Source of the DNA: a virus
Virus record (IMG/VR): IMGVR_UViG_3300046028_007828
Coordinates: 12,533 to 76,532 of that record
DNA length: 64,000 nucleotides
Reading direction: 5' to 3' (one strand)
The notes beneath the pieces were generated by a model, which made no database searches, was not told where the DNA came from, and was given only the letters and a program-made list of their open reading frames with translations. A program made the position numbers and the translations under genes. Shown here one piece after another: positions 1-10,063 of the stretch. Every line of letters begins with the position of its first letter. The first letter of the stretch is position 1.

Positions 1-362
1 CGGGCGGCGGAGGCGGCGCACTTGCAACTGGTTCATTCGGTTCACCGTATCCTTCCGGCGGAATTGGAATAAACTATAAGGCTACTAACGGATACGAAGT
101 TGGTTACCTTGGCGGAGGCGGCGGGGGCGGAACGTGGTGGGAAGTTGATTCGTCGGTATCTTATCCCGGCGGATTGGGAGGCGGAGGAAGTGGTTCATAC
201 ACATATTACGTGGGAACTATCGCCAACACAGTATCTGCGCAAAACGGACAAACAAATACGGGAGGTGGTTCGGGTGGAAATAGTTTACCCGATGACGTTC
301 CCCTCGGAGGCAGTGGAGTTGCACTTATATTTTTAGAAAAATATATAAATCCGTTTTATTAA
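1..362 (+). CDS. 3' end of glycine-rich virion/tail-fibre-like protein (5' truncated)
   Basis: The frame starting at nt 3 is open (GGGGGALATGS...GYLGGGGGGG...) and continues into ORF 174..362 (NGQTNTGGGSGG...GGSGVALI), typical of phage Gly-rich domains. Confidence 0.75.
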   Translation, partial: GGGGGALATGSFGSPYPSGGIGINYKATNGYEVGYLGGGGGGGTWWEVDSSVSYPGGLGGGGSGSYTYYVGTIANTVSAQNGQTNTGGGSGGNSLPDDVPLGGSGVALIFLEKYINPFY

Positions 363-1018
363 TAGTTATAACCGAAAGAATCAAAATCTATTTTATAAAA
401 ATTATAGACATTTTTTTTTATTTCTGGAGTATAATATGATAAAAAATCCATTTTGTCTGTCGATTTTAAAATGTGCGGAAATTTATTTTTTCCCGTGAGT
501 ATTAGTAAATCGGAAATACATTCGTCCATATTTTCAAACTTGTAGATTTTATCAATATCCAATAAATTTCCGCGCTCGTTTGCCAAATAAGAAAATTGGG
601 TTTCTAGGTGGCCGTCATATAGCCAATTTCTCGTGGCTGGATTCATTGACAGAGAATTAAAAACAAATTCAGAGAATGGGACATTATGTTTGTATCCAAA
701 CACAGAAAAGTGATATGCAGACACCAGTCTATCATATGGATTTCTAACGACTGTTATTTTTCTGTATTTACTAAACTCTTCCGCACCTAAAATTTTTTTT
801 AATTCCAATAGACTATAGTGTTGCATACTTTTTGACATGCACATTCTATATTCTATGTCACTAAACGCATCAATACCAGTTATTTGTAAAAACGAATTAT
901 TTTTTTCGGTTGTATAAAAATGCTCCGCCGTACTGATATCTAGTATATTTTCAATCGACGTTCCGGCGCATTTTGGTATATGAACGTGGAGTATGTTGTA
1001 GATTTTATTTAATGGCAT
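359..1018 (-). CDS. Sulfotransferase family 2 protein
   Basis: HIPKCAGTS (5'-PSB) and VRNPYDRLVSAY (3'-PB) motifs; C-terminal DFDSFGY. Confidence 0.85.
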   Translation of the reverse strand: MPLNKIYNILHVHIPKCAGTSIENILDISTAEHFYTTEKNNSFLQITGIDAFSDIEYRMCMSKSMQHYSLLELKKILGAEEFSKYRKITVVRNPYDRLVSAYHFSVFGYKHNVPFSEFVFNSLSMNPATRNWLYDGHLETQFSYLANERGNLLDIDKIYKFENMDECISDLLILTGKNKFPHILKSTDKMDFLSYYTPEIKKNVYNFYKIDFDSFGYNY

Positions 1019-2004
1019 ACTATATTGTGTTTTTTGCAGTAATTTAAAATAAAAATATATTTATTTTTTCCGTCCGTGGGCGTCCCCGCAAAATGAATCA
1101 ATGCAGTGTCGTCAATGTGCTGTTTTTCATACAAGTCTTTGGCACACGATACGGCGGGTTTTACGGTTGTTATAGCAACAATATCGTCGAGTAGGTCGTA
1201 TTTAACCAATTCCCCATATACAAAATAATGATTCATAAAAGATTGCTCAAAAAAATATATAGATGGCCAAACGTTCGCCAGCCATCGTATATTTTCAAAA
1301 TGATTTTGCATAGATAGAGTATTGTAGAAAAAAAACTGACCAGCGTTAAATATTTCTAGGTCATTAGTTTTTAACAATTTTAAATCTGTGGCGCTAAAAA
1401 ATGCTAAACTGTGTGTTATTGTGCAAGACTTATACACATCAATCAGCTGGGGGGAGTTTGCATTTAATATGGGGGACCGCTTTGCGTGAAAAAAGTTATC
1501 CGGTTCTTCTAAGAACAATTTTGAGATTTCTCCCACGCAAATTATATCGGCGTCTAAAAATAATATTCTCTTGTACTCATTTATATTTTTAAAATCAAAT
1601 ATCTCCAATTTTTTCATACTCGCTTCCACTCCGTCAATCGGGGATTCCACTTCATGAAATAAAATATTACGCTGTGAGATACACTCCAACGAACATATCA
1701 TTTTCTTCGTCGGTGAATCTGTTATAATTAATACGTCAAATGGTGTGGCCGAAGAAATCGACTTTAAAGACATTTCTAGCAAAGAAATATAGTCCGCACC
1801 AAATGCACAGTAATATATTAAATTTTTTTCTCCTATAAATCCACTCGAAAGAACATTTGCTTGCTTTCGGCGTTTTTCTAGTTCATACAATATTTGGGCT
1901 TTATCGGGCGGAATTCCTTTGTATGGAGAATTTTTATTCTGTCGCATTACATTTTTGCTACCTTTAAATGCAGATAAATTATAATTTCTTGTTGCTTGGT
2001 TCAT
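1009..2004 (-). CDS. Glycosyltransferase family 8-like
   Basis: ILFLDAD DxD motif, FNAG, EQSFMN, IHFAG. Confidence 0.8.
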   Translation of the reverse strand: MNQATRNYNLSAFKGSKNVMRQNKNSPYKGIPPDKAQILYELEKRRKQANVLSSGFIGEKNLIYYCAFGADYISLLEMSLKSISSATPFDVLIITDSPTKKMICSLECISQRNILFHEVESPIDGVEASMKKLEIFDFKNINEYKRILFLDADIICVGEISKLFLEEPDNFFHAKRSPILNANSPQLIDVYKSCTITHSLAFFSATDLKLLKTNDLEIFNAGQFFFYNTLSMQNHFENIRWLANVWPSIYFFEQSFMNHYFVYGELVKYDLLDDIVAITTVKPAVSCAKDLYEKQHIDDTALIHFAGTPTDGKNKYIFILNYCKKHNIVCH

Positions 2005-2064
2005 AATTTATGCGTTTTGATTTTCATATGTATATATATACAAGAACAATAAATTTACATATAT

Positions 2065-2340
2065 ATGGAATTAAAATCAACACAACCAAATCAAATCAAG
2101 TTTACCGACGAAGAAGTAAAAGAACTAGTCGCCTTGCGGAACACATATGACCAAATCACGGTCGAATTGGGAAGAATAGAGTTACAAAAGCGAGATATCA
2201 AAAAGTCCGAAACTATGATATTGGACAGATTGTCTTTTACCGAAACATCCGAAAAAACATTTCTTGACAGGATAGTGGCCAAGTACGGAGAAGGAAATTA
2301 CGACAATGAAACCGGGATTTTTACCCCGAAAAAAGTCTAA
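2065..2340 (+). CDS. Hypothetical coiled-coil phage protein
   Basis: 91-aa ORF with helical heptads; C-terminal KYGEGNYDNETGIFTP. Confidence 0.7.
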   Translation: MELKSTQPNQIKFTDEEVKELVALRNTYDQITVELGRIELQKRDIKKSETMILDRLSFTETSEKTFLDRIVAKYGEGNYDNETGIFTPKKV

Positions 2341-2450
2341 TAATTAAAATATAACAAGAAAGTACTTTTTCTTATATTTTTTATGTTTTGAGTTTTTCTA
2401 ACATACTTATATATAGACTTTTTATCTAACTTTAATAGGAGAAAAAACAT

Positions 2451-5441
2451 ATGGCAATTGAACAAAATGGAAATTACAGCCCTTCGGAACGTATCGTCTC
2501 ACCGGGAGTATTTACCCGAGAAATAGACCAAACGTTTCTTGCACAAGGCGTCGCCGCAATTGGCGGAGTAATCGTGGCACCCTTCAATAAGGGTCCGGGA
2601 TTTTCTCCTACGATAGTAACGAGCGAAGCCGATTTAGTAAGCATCTTCGGAGACCCGGATGGTACATTGTATGGACCAATCACGGCGCAGCAATATTTTC
2701 GCCAGCAAAACCAAGTGACAATCTGTCGCGTTGGTGGTCTTGGCGGATATGAACAAAAAAATGCATTGGTCATCAGCGCAGTTCCGGGACAATATGCAAG
2801 ATTCACCGAATCTGGTTCTTTTACCGGCACTGTTCTTGGAGCTACCACAACATACACAAGCACTCCGGGTGAATTTATCATCTCCGGTTCTCTGTCGTTG
2901 AAATTCTCAAGTGGTATATATTCCGGCTCTACCGTTCTCGTAGGCGACGTGGAATTCATCACAACTGCTGGATTAACAGATTCAAACGGCAGTACATTTA
3001 TTTCTTCGTCGGTCAACTCATTGGCGATTGTAAATACAAATCTCGCCGCACCTTCTGCGCTGATCAGTTCTTCGTTCGTACTGAATCTCGTGGATGGTTG
3101 TAACACGCAACTTGAAGTTGTTGGTAATCTAAGCGGATCATATGGTGCATTAAATACAGCAGTATTTACTCCGTGGGACGTATCGACGGAAGACGCATGT
3201 GGTAGCGCATCGTACGCCACATCCGGCAGCGACGAAGTTGTTCTGGCGGTTTTAGCAAATACTTCTTATGACCGCGGCCAAAATCTATACGGATTCAGTG
3301 GCTCGGTATTGACACCGAAAGATTCATCGGTCGTTGGTGCTGATTATCGGCTACAATTGAACGAGTCGCATTTCGACACGGGATTGAATGTTTATACTAG
3401 CGCATCCTACGGAACCTATGAATTCTCATTGGACCAAGGCGCAAGTTCGTATATCACTTCGGTATTTGGCACCGACGCGAAAGCTGGTTATTACCCAGTA
3501 GCATCAGGACAAAAATTAGAAGTTGCATACACATACGCAAACTTCAAGAACAAGACAAAACAAGTCATCGACGAAATGTTGGCTTCTGGTAGCTGGCAGA
3601 TTAAAGTTACCGCTGTTGATAATATGGCATTCACAGATGGCGTGACTCCAGATGTTGGAACCTCACAATTCGATTTGACTAATGCTTATACTCCATTCAT
3701 CCGTTCGCAATTGGTATCATCCTTTAGCGCCTCGTTTGGGTCTTCTCCGGCGGCATACGATTTGTTCAAAGTACAGACTTTGAGCGACGGTACAAATGCT
3801 AACACGCTATATAAGGTTGAAATCTCCAATGTTCGCTCCGCTGGTTCGATTCCCGGAACGAAATATGGTTCTTTCAGCTTGGCGTTGAGAGAATACACCG
3901 ACACGGACGCTCGTCCAATAGTGCTGGAACGTTACGACAACCTAAACTTGGATGTTAATAGCTCCAATTATGTTTCTCGTCGGATTGGTGATGTTTGGAA
4001 GTATATCGACTTCAACGGAAAGATTGTTGAATTTGGCGACTATTCGAACAAGAGCAAACGCATTCGCGTAGAAATGGCAACATCCCCATGGCCAATTGAC
4101 GCAATTCCATTCGGGTTCGGTCCATACGCTTCGCCGATTGGTGGAGAATATGCTCGCTTAGGTAAACTTGCAGCAATGCAATATACCAGCGCATCTGTGT
4201 ACTCCGCTCAACCGGGTCGTTATGCTTCCGGTATTGTATTCAATCCAGCACCGGCCAATGGCGATTCAGAACTTGTCGCCTTGTATCCAAATGGTTCTTC
4301 AATCGGACCTGAGTTGGATAACAAACAATATTTCTGCCCGCTTCCATTGGGAGCGACAGCAAATGCGAACGTTGGCTTCGACCTAGAAACAAATTGCGGA
4401 TTGTCTCCACTATATATTGCTTCCAACGAAAACACCAACGTCAAAAAGCGCCGCTTCATTCTTGGATTCCAAGGTGGATTCGATGGCCAAAGTCCATCAG
4501 TTCCAGTACTGGTTGGAAATGAAATCTTGCCAACCAACCAACAAGGATTGGATTGCTCGACAAACAAGACCAACGGTTCTTACGCATACAAACAATGTTT
4601 GGCTGCTCTATCGAACTCAGATGAATGGGATTTTAATCTAATCACAACTCCGGGTATTAACTATGACGATCACTCTTACGTCGCATCGTTGGTTGTTGAT
4701 GCATGTGAAAGACGCGGTGACGCATTCTATATCATGGATATCACACACAATCAAATGGCCGGAGAAACATCAATCCAAACCGTGATTGACTTGGCGTCTG
4801 AGTTTGATACCAGCTATGCTGCTACATATTACCCATGGGTTAAAATTATAGAAACCAACACGAACAAAATCATTCCAGTGCCGCCGTCCGTTGTAATGAT
4901 GAGCGTGTTCGCTGCAAGCGATAAAGTCTCCGCCGAATGGTTTGCACCAGCCGGTCTGGGGCGTGGTGGAATCCCAACCGCAGTACAAGTTGTGGACCGT
5001 CTAACGCACACAGAACGCGATTCTCTCTACGAGGGCCGTGTAAATCCAATCGCGGCATTTCCGGGACAAGGTGTAGTAGCATGGGGACAAAAGACCCTAC
5101 AACGCCTACCTTCCGCACTAGACCGCATCAATGTTCGCCGTTTGTTGATTGCATTGAAGAAATTCATCGCATCTTCTTCTCGGTTCTTGGTATTCGAGCA
5201 AAACGTGTCTACGACACGCCAACGTTTCTTGAATATCGTGAATCCATATTTGGAGAGCGTGCAACAACGCAGTGGCATTTACACCTTCAAGGTGGTAATG
5301 GATGACACCAACAACACTCCGGACATGATTGATCGTGGTATCATGTATGGTCAGATTTATATCCAACCAACTCGCACCGCAGAGTTCATCGTACTTGATT
5401 TTAATGTACTCCCGAGCGGTGCTGTTTTTCCGGGCGCATAA
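2451..5441 (+). CDS. Contractile tail sheath protein (T4 gp18-like)
   Basis: SPGVFTREID N-terminus; WFAPAG, RINVRRL, FEQN, QPTRTAEFI C-terminal motifs. Confidence 0.97.
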   Translation: MAIEQNGNYSPSERIVSPGVFTREIDQTFLAQGVAAIGGVIVAPFNKGPGFSPTIVTSEADLVSIFGDPDGTLYGPITAQQYFRQQNQVTICRVGGLGGYEQKNALVISAVPGQYARFTESGSFTGTVLGATTTYTSTPGEFIISGSLSLKFSSGIYSGSTVLVGDVEFITTAGLTDSNGSTFISSSVNSLAIVNTNLAAPSALISSSFVLNLVDGCNTQLEVVGNLSGSYGALNTAVFTPWDVSTEDACGSASYATSGSDEVVLAVLANTSYDRGQNLYGFSGSVLTPKDSSVVGADYRLQLNESHFDTGLNVYTSASYGTYEFSLDQGASSYITSVFGTDAKAGYYPVASGQKLEVAYTYANFKNKTKQVIDEMLASGSWQIKVTAVDNMAFTDGVTPDVGTSQFDLTNAYTPFIRSQLVSSFSASFGSSPAAYDLFKVQTLSDGTNANTLYKVEISNVRSAGSIPGTKYGSFSLALREYTDTDARPIVLERYDNLNLDVNSSNYVSRRIGDVWKYIDFNGKIVEFGDYSNKSKRIRVEMATSPWPIDAIPFGFGPYASPIGGEYARLGKLAAMQYTSASVYSAQPGRYASGIVFNPAPANGDSELVALYPNGSSIGPELDNKQYFCPLPLGATANANVGFDLETNCGLSPLYIASNENTNVKKRRFILGFQGGFDGQSPSVPVLVGNEILPTNQQGLDCSTNKTNGSYAYKQCLAALSNSDEWDFNLITTPGINYDDHSYVASLVVDACERRGDAFYIMDITHNQMAGETSIQTVIDLASEFDTSYAATYYPWVKIIETNTNKIIPVPPSVVMMSVFAASDKVSAEWFAPAGLGRGGIPTAVQVVDRLTHTERDSLYEGRVNPIAAFPGQGVVAWGQKTLQRLPSALDRINVRRLLIALKKFIASSSRFLVFEQNVSTTRQRFLNIVNPYLESVQQRSGIYTFKVVMDDTNNTPDMIDRGIMYGQIYIQPTRTAEFIVLDFNVLPSGAVFPGA

Positions 5442-5460
5442 ATCATAAAAAATTGATTAC

Positions 5461-5492
5461 AAGAAACCCACTAAAAAGTGGGTTTCTTTTTT
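5461..5492 (+). terminator. Intrinsic terminator after tail sheath
   Basis: AAGAAACCCAC-TAAAAA-GTGGGTTTCTT followed by T-run. Confidence 0.85.
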
Positions 5493-5543
5493 ATATAGCA
5501 GGATTTCATCATTTTGCCTACAGGGTCGTATATTTATGTTTAT

Positions 5544-6341
5544 ATGAAAACAAATTATGGAAACCCGAAGTCAATAAATAAAATTTGCGAATGGACTGGT
5601 AAATATTTCACGGTTGATTGGAAGCACAGAAATAAAAGATTCATAGACACAAAAGCCATGTATGCTTGGAGAAAATCGCAAAATCACGAAATTGTAAATT
5701 GCCTAAATTGCAATAAACCGTTTGATAGATATAAAAGAATACTACACCCAAGGTCTGGAAAATTGCAGCAATATTGTTCAAATGAATGTAATGTGAAATC
5801 CAATGAGCACAAAGAGATGTGCAGAAACATATTTTTAACAAACAATCCAATGAATTCAAAAAAGTCTCGATTGAAAATATCAAAAACCAAGCTAGAAAAA
5901 TACGGAAATTATAAATACAACAACCCGGAAAAAGCTGCAAATACTTGTATGAGAAAATACGGAACAGCGTGCTATTTTGATAGCCCATCTGCTATATTAT
6001 CAAACGGAAAACGCATATCTAAGTTTCAAAAACAAACTTATGATCTTGTTTTATTAGAATATCCAGACGCGCGGTTGGAAGAATATCTAAAAGATGCAAG
6101 ATGTTCGGTGGATATATACATACCATCGTTAAAAAAAGCAATAGAATGTTACGGTGATTATTGGCATTGCAATCCATCAAAATGTCAACCGGATTATTAT
6201 AATAAGTCTTTGCGCATGACAGCAAAAGAAAAATGGGACAAGGATGCCATTAAAACAGATAAGTTGATGTTGGCCGGTTATGGTGTTGAAATAGTTTGGG
6301 AAAACTCAAAGAAAAAACTTGTGCATTCAACAAAATCATGA
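5544..6341 (+). CDS. Free-standing homing-endonuclease-like protein (Zn-finger/KYG repeats + Vsr/DUF559-like nuclease)
   Basis: CxxC clusters, KYG repeats, VDIYIP...IECYGDYWH...IVWE; ATG 5544 follows a TATTTAT motif. Confidence 0.75.
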   Translation: MKTNYGNPKSINKICEWTGKYFTVDWKHRNKRFIDTKAMYAWRKSQNHEIVNCLNCNKPFDRYKRILHPRSGKLQQYCSNECNVKSNEHKEMCRNIFLTNNPMNSKKSRLKISKTKLEKYGNYKYNNPEKAANTCMRKYGTACYFDSPSAILSNGKRISKFQKQTYDLVLLEYPDARLEEYLKDARCSVDIYIPSLKKAIECYGDYWHCNPSKCQPDYYNKSLRMTAKEKWDKDAIKTDKLMLAGYGVEIVWENSKKKLVHSTKS

Positions 6342-6353
6342 TATTTATAAGAT

Positions 6354-6917
6354 ATGCATATATTGTTAAAGCACTTATTAAAAGAAGAAATGGAAGGAAA
6401 TGAAAATCCGCTTCAAGTTCAATGCTACGTGGATATGGATGGAGTGCTTGCAGATATGGAAAAAGGATTCAAGGAACTTTCGGGTGGATTGAGTCCAAAA
6501 GAATATGAAGCAAAAAATGGAAAGGGCTCCTTTTGGAAACTAATTGCAAGTAAACCAACATTTTGGATAGAGTTGGAACCAATGCCAGATGCAAAAATAT
6601 TGTGGGATTACATCAAGCAAAATTTCAAAAATCCACAGCCAGTTTTGTTGAGCGCGGGTCAAGGTGCAAAAATTATACAGCAAAAAACGGAATGGGCGCA
6701 CAAACACATCGACCCAAATGTAAAAGTGATTATTGCTTCGGCGGGAATAAAGAAGCCCGAATATATCATACCACATACTGGAAAACGTGTGACCCACTTG
6801 CTCGTAGATGATACTCAAAAGAATATAGATGCGTGGGACAATCCATCCATACATCGCGTAGCTATAAAACATAAAGATGCGGCAAGTAGTATAGTCAAAT
6901 TAAAGACATTTATCTAA
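6354..6917 (+). CDS. HAD-family 5'(3')-deoxyribonucleotidase
   Basis: YVDMDGVLAD motif I; LLVDDT motif IV. Confidence 0.85.
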   Translation: MHILLKHLLKEEMEGNENPLQVQCYVDMDGVLADMEKGFKELSGGLSPKEYEAKNGKGSFWKLIASKPTFWIELEPMPDAKILWDYIKQNFKNPQPVLLSAGQGAKIIQQKTEWAHKHIDPNVKVIIASAGIKKPEYIIPHTGKRVTHLLVDDTQKNIDAWDNPSIHRVAIKHKDAASSIVKLKTFI

Positions 6918-6928
6918 GATTCCAACTA

Positions 6929-7666
6929 ATGAATTACCCACTATATCGAGATACCTTGTGCCCAAAACTTTGGGTGGCCGAAAGCGGACAAATAAAATTG
7001 AACCGAGAAGTAAGAAAATCCTTGTTAAAAATTGCACAGGATTTCATCAAAGAGTTAAAACTAAACAACGAAATAGAAATCAAAGCGACAGATGTTGTTA
7101 TTATAGGTTCAATAACAAATTATAACTGGACGCAGTATTCCGACATAGATTTACATATTGTCGCAGACTATTCTACGTTGAATATGTCAAAAGAGGACGC
7201 TCAAACATTATTTGACGCCATCAAACGTCCGTGGAATGAAACTCACAACATAACAATGAAGGGGCATGACGTTGAACTTTATGTGCAAGATGTGGAATAT
7301 ACACCAACGTCTGCGTCGGAATATTCTGTGCTATCTGATAAATGGTTGATTCCACCAGTTAAAGAAAAACCGAATTTTAATGTGGGGTTAATCAAAAAGA
7401 AGTATAAAGAATACAAAAACAAAATCAACTCGTTGATCAGTTCTAACGATGAAGCCGGTCTTAAGTCTCTACTAGATAAACTTTATAAATTCAGACAAGC
7501 TGGGTTGGATTCTTCCGGAGAACTATCCGAAGAGAACATCGTGTTTAAAATGTTAAGAGCCAAGGGGTTTTTGGATAAAATTAAAGATAGCGCAATTCGA
7601 CTATACGACAAAAGCGCATCTGTAAAAGAAATCACTGGGAAAAAGTGTGCTTATAAATCTCCGTAA
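6929..7666 (+). CDS. Pol-beta superfamily nucleotidyltransferase
   Basis: IIGS...SDIDLH and VELYVQD acidic triad. Confidence 0.75.
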   Translation: MNYPLYRDTLCPKLWVAESGQIKLNREVRKSLLKIAQDFIKELKLNNEIEIKATDVVIIGSITNYNWTQYSDIDLHIVADYSTLNMSKEDAQTLFDAIKRPWNETHNITMKGHDVELYVQDVEYTPTSASEYSVLSDKWLIPPVKEKPNFNVGLIKKKYKEYKNKINSLISSNDEAGLKSLLDKLYKFRQAGLDSSGELSEENIVFKMLRAKGFLDKIKDSAIRLYDKSASVKEITGKKCAYKSP

Positions 7667-8216
7667 TTGCACGCTTTCCGTTTTCGTTAATTTCTCGCGT
7701 TCCAATCCCAGCAAAATTTTTCGTTAGTGTGGGAGGATACAAGCATGGAATAAACTGTCTTTCGCGTTGTGCTCCATCTATATCTGTACAATAGTCAAAG
7801 CCAAACCAGCTATTGACATTTTGCTCAAATAAGTATATTGGAACGTAATTATCGACTGCCATTTGCACTGCCCAGCCAGTTCCACCATCTACAAGTGCGG
7901 TTGAATTTTTTACAAACTTGCCAACCGCAAATACACAATCTGCACCCTTGACCTGAAACCAATTTCTTGCCATCAAGTTTTTTACATATGGTTTATTTTC
8001 GATATATTTCCAAGGTCGTTTCAATGTTTCAGCCGCAATTTTACATTTTTCGTATCCCTCATTCAACTGTTCCTGCGTCAATTTACATTGATTTTTACCG
8101 TACTGTACATGATTGCCAAAAGAATATGCAATAGTTTTTACGCCATATGGTATTCCTTGGTTTTCCCATTCCATGTCAGAACCTGCACATCCACCGCTAT
8201 GATTTGTATAGCTCAT
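7632..8216 (-). CDS. SLOG-fold (YspA/DprA-like) nucleotide-binding protein
   Basis: HSGGCAGSD, RN..QV, GGTGWAV, FAGIGTR motifs; start trimmed to MSYTNH. Confidence 0.65.
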   Translation of the reverse strand: MSYTNHSGGCAGSDMEWENQGIPYGVKTIAYSFGNHVQYGKNQCKLTQEQLNEGYEKCKIAAETLKRPWKYIENKPYVKNLMARNWFQVKGADCVFAVGKFVKNSTALVDGGTGWAVQMAVDNYVPIYLFEQNVNSWFGFDYCTDIDGAQRERQFIPCLYPPTLTKNFAGIGTREINENGKRAITEIYKHTFSQ

Positions 8217-8218
8217 AT

Positions 8219-8653
8219 TTATTCTTTCCACTCGCCAATTCGCTTCAATTCTTTCTCAATAAGAAACCAATCTCCGTTCGGTCCATCAAATCCGGCCTTA
8301 TCATCCAAAATTACGTTGGCATAAAACTTTTTACTAAAGTCGCACAACGCATCATTTGCACATTCTGGATTGCAATTTACATGTTTAAAATTTATATTAT
8401 GTTTTTCAAGATTATCCAACACTTTACTGGCAGGACCAACATGACTACTTGTCCATAGAATCAGTGATATATCTTCACGCTTGCTCCACTGTTGTAAAAC
8501 CTTGATACAGTTGGGCATATAACCAGCACCATCGTTATTCAAATTATATTTACCCTCTAAAATAACATCATGTACATCAACAGCTATGAAGATTTTCTGC
8601 CAACGTCTTTTTGCTTTTTCTGTGAAAGTTCTTTCTATGTTAAATATGTTCAT
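8219..8653 (-). CDS. HAD-like hydrolase/phosphatase
   Basis: IAVDVHDVI, LILWTS, ILDDKAGF. Confidence 0.65.
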   Translation of the reverse strand: MNIFNIERTFTEKAKRRWQKIFIAVDVHDVILEGKYNLNNDGAGYMPNCIKVLQQWSKREDISLILWTSSHVGPASKVLDNLEKHNINFKHVNCNPECANDALCDFSKKFYANVILDDKAGFDGPNGDWFLIEKELKRIGEWKE

Positions 8654-8675
8654 ATTAGACAGCGTATGAAACTGA

Positions 8676-9686
8676 TTACTGGACCTTTTCTCTCTCAAAG
8701 AAGTAGTTGCGAGCAATCTTTGCGATATGTCCGCTTATATCTTTCGCGTCAACCCCGGCTTCCTTGATAGTGTGGGTTTCCTCTTTGGTTACATCGTCGG
8801 TGACAAGTTTGATGAAGTCCCCAACTTTGCTTCGGTCGATTTTTCCTCCGTTCATTAGATCACACGCCTTGTCTAACATTTGCGCTAGCCGCCACTCGGG
8901 AGTAACCTTGACTGCCAAAGTGGTGGCTTTATCAAGTTTCTCCAAATCAATCGGCTTTAGAGTAATAACCTTCGATTTCGAGTGGAGTTCGCCTTTCACT
9001 TTGAAGTAAAATTCTGGCGATTCCCAGCCTTCGGAGACACACTTCCATACAATGCCTTCGCCGATACCGTCAACTCCCATAGCTTTTGCCACAGGGCAGG
9101 ACTCCTCAACCTTAATGGTCAATTCGGAAAGTTTGTTCTGAGAAATTTCTGGCTTGTTGAAGTCGATTTCAATGGTTTCACACGGATAATCGTAAATGTT
9201 GTAAACACCAATGGTTTCGTCTTTTACCTTACTGATGGCTTCTTTTCCAAGCCACTTATCGTCAGCCAACACTCCAAAAACAACAAATCGTTTGGATAGC
9301 TTTGCAATCCCAACGTTGGGTTGAATGTTTCCTCCGCACCACTCACCAAATACGGCATAGTCTTCGCTCGCGGGTTCGATTAAAGAAAACAACTTTCTGA
9401 CAAATTTTCCCTCAAAGTGGCGAACAAACCCTGCATTATCTTTTTCAAGGGCAATGACATTTTCCCGGCTTTGGAACCAAACTTCTCCGGATAAAACATT
9501 TGTACAGATGGCTGCGTTAGTACCATGCAACTTAACCGTGCCTTCATAAGTCAGTACTGGTAAGACTTTAGTGTGATCGTACACGGGGTCACCATTAACA
9601 TCAATACCGGCATGTCTGGCTTTGCAACCGACCTTGTGAATCGCGTTTCTAAACTGTTCGATAGAGGGATATGGAATATGTTTCAT
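8676..9686 (-). CDS. RNA ligase, Rnl2 family
   Basis: VKLHGTN (motif I), FGEW, GEGIVW, FKVKG; own 16-bp-spacer promoter. Confidence 0.85.
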   Translation of the reverse strand: MKHIPYPSIEQFRNAIHKVGCKARHAGIDVNGDPVYDHTKVLPVLTYEGTVKLHGTNAAICTNVLSGEVWFQSRENVIALEKDNAGFVRHFEGKFVRKLFSLIEPASEDYAVFGEWCGGNIQPNVGIAKLSKRFVVFGVLADDKWLGKEAISKVKDETIGVYNIYDYPCETIEIDFNKPEISQNKLSELTIKVEESCPVAKAMGVDGIGEGIVWKCVSEGWESPEFYFKVKGELHSKSKVITLKPIDLEKLDKATTLAVKVTPEWRLAQMLDKACDLMNGGKIDRSKVGDFIKLVTDDVTKEETHTIKEAGVDAKDISGHIAKIARNYFFEREKVQ

Positions 9687-9696
9687 ATTAGGCACA

Positions 9697-9724
9697 ACTA
9701 TACAGACTTTTTATCTCGTGTCAA
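9697..9724 (-). promoter_or_regulatory. Sigma70-type promoter for RNA ligase operon
   Basis: TTGACA-16nt-TATAGT on the minus strand, ~10 nt before ATG. Confidence 0.7.
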
Positions 9725-9727
9725 TAG

Positions 9728-10033
9728 TTATCGCGAATTAACTGGTATAATTTCCATCGGAAGCACAGATTCAACTCGCGTTGGGTTATGTTTTTCGTCG
9801 ATGTGGTTGACCACGATTTTCACTACAATTTTCACATTATCTACTTCCACCGTCGAGGTGAAGTTTTTGAATGGTACGGCTTTGATAAACTCGCCCATGA
9901 ACAACTTTATACCAGCATCAATCTTTTCCGGTAACTCTAAATCCGGCACGGTGAACACACACTTGAACGCAATAGATAAAACGTTTTGTTTAATTGCGTC
10001 TGATAATTGCTGTTCGGTGATTTGATTGCTCAT
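9728..10033 (-). CDS. Hypothetical protein
   Basis: 101-aa ORF co-oriented with neighbours; TTGACG upstream. Confidence 0.6.
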   Translation of the reverse strand: MSNQITEQQLSDAIKQNVLSIAFKCVFTVPDLELPEKIDAGIKLFMGEFIKAVPFKNFTSTVEVDNVKIVVKIVVNHIDEKHNPTRVESVLPMEIIPVNSR

Positions 10034-10063
10034 GGTATGGTTGTAATAGGTTTCTTGTCCGCG

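Noticed and set aside
2474-5366. Long antisense/overlapping ORFs within sheath (similarly 19424..21061, 28742..29449, 39712..40758, 42002..42739, 53704..54333)
   Set aside because: Shadow ORFs opposite well-supported genes, with no motifs or start context
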